From: Octopus sinensis
Taxonomy: Eukaryota
Direction of reading: 5' to 3'
Assembly: GCF_006345805.1 (NCBI RefSeq)
Contig: NC_043017.1
Span: 32,116,001-32,180,000, forward strand
DNA length: 64,000 bases
Shown: positions 62,901 through 64,000 of the stretch, one piece after another
Numbering within the stretch: the stretch's first letter is position 1
How the letters are laid out: each line of letters opens with the position of its first letter
Program-made: the position numbers and the translations under genes
The notes under the pieces: model-generated
Seen by the model: the letters and a program-made list of their open reading frames with translations, nothing else
Databases searched by the model: none
What the model was told of the DNA's origin: nothing

Positions 62901-63085
62901 TCTCACACATACACACATATATATATTTATCAATGGGTAGTATATTAAAAAATACCTTTAAAGGTTAAATTTATAAATAACTTATAAAATAAGGGCAAAA
63001 GAAAAATTTATCAGCTTCTTTTGAGACGCATAAATCATAATGGTTATTGACAATTTCTCTAATTTCAGCATATTTGGCATTAGAC

Positions 63086-63116
<31 letters not shown>

Positions 63117-63117
63117 C

Positions 63118-63161
<44 letters not shown>

Positions 63162-63181
63162 TATTATATATATATACAGGA

Positions 63182-63392
63182 AAAAAGCAACAAGAATGGA
63201 TCAATATATCGGTACAATTGTTTCGTACGAAGACATCTTTAATAAGACTACAAAGATTGCAGTAAATATAGGTGACTCGTACTCGTACTAAGTACGAGTC
63301 ACCTATATTTACTGCAATCTTTGTAGCCTTATTAAAGATGTCTTCGTACGAAACAATTGTACCGATATATTGATCCATTCTTGTTGCTTTTT
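63182..63392. mobile_element. near-perfect palindrome, family H
   Basis: 102-bp arms with a single mismatch and a 7-nt spacer. Confidence 0.9.
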
Positions 63393-64000
63393 CCTATTTA
63401 TAATCACCCCACTTTGTCGTATGGTTAACACCATATAGATTTCTGGTGCATCCAAGTTAAGTACCATATTCATGTGAATTCAACAGAACTCACTTGAATC
63501 TTAATTGCTTATATGTATATATATATATATATTATATATATATATATATATATATTATCCGTGCACCTATCCATGCCTGGTAAGTTTATGCTTAAATCTG
63601 TTGCATTTTCTGCCAGTCTCTTCTACTTTCTGACAATTCAGCATCACTATCTTGTCTTTCTTTCCAGCAAGATAGCTATCTATCCTCTCTCACATACTTG
63701 AGTTTCTCGACACCAGGTATAAAGCTATATCTCTCTCTCCCCTACACCTCCATCAATTGTGGGCAATATTTCACCTTGAAAGTCACTTTATGACTCCCTA
63801 GTGTGGACAACCCACCCATAAAATAAACACATCCAATAAATTGGTTGGTATTATGATGGGCATCCACTCATAGAAATTGGTTTGGTCTCAGCACTAATTG
63901 CCTGCTGTACTCGTCTTTGAGTGATTTGCTCTTATGGCACATTGATGACACTCGAGCGAAAATCTTTTTCATTGGTTTCACATTTTGGTATGAGGCCAGC

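Overview
AT-rich eukaryotic, essentially non-coding 64 kb window made of microsatellites and interspersed repeats. The repeat families look like those of an octopod cephalopod (Octopus); this is recognition from memory, not a database result. No host gene can be confidently reconstructed, and almost every ORF in the supplied track is a microsatellite or SINE artefact. The real protein-coding remnants are all transposon-derived: a full-length DD34E Tc1 element with 224-bp TIRs and three nonsense codons, two decayed mariners plus one N-terminal Tc1/mariner fragment, several 3' ends of RTE-clade LINEs, an R4/Dong-like endonuclease tail sitting in (TAA)n, and Penelope-like (PLE) RT/GIY-YIG relics. 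At least three tRNA-derived SINE families are present, the commonest with about 30 copies or fragments. The most notable signal is a set of several unrelated short elements, mostly fold-back or palindromic, carrying minimal type-I hammerhead-ribozyme motifs of the PLE type (CUGAnGA, stem II, GAAAC, palindromic stem III, NUH). Some have intact cores (16946-16983 and its mirror copy, 32005-32042, 54123-54168, 54405-54450) and others share non-canonical cores. Other oddities are a 157-bp target-site duplication, an 18-bp SINE-head minisatellite, a SINE tetramer, nested fold-backs and closely spaced inverted SINE pairs.
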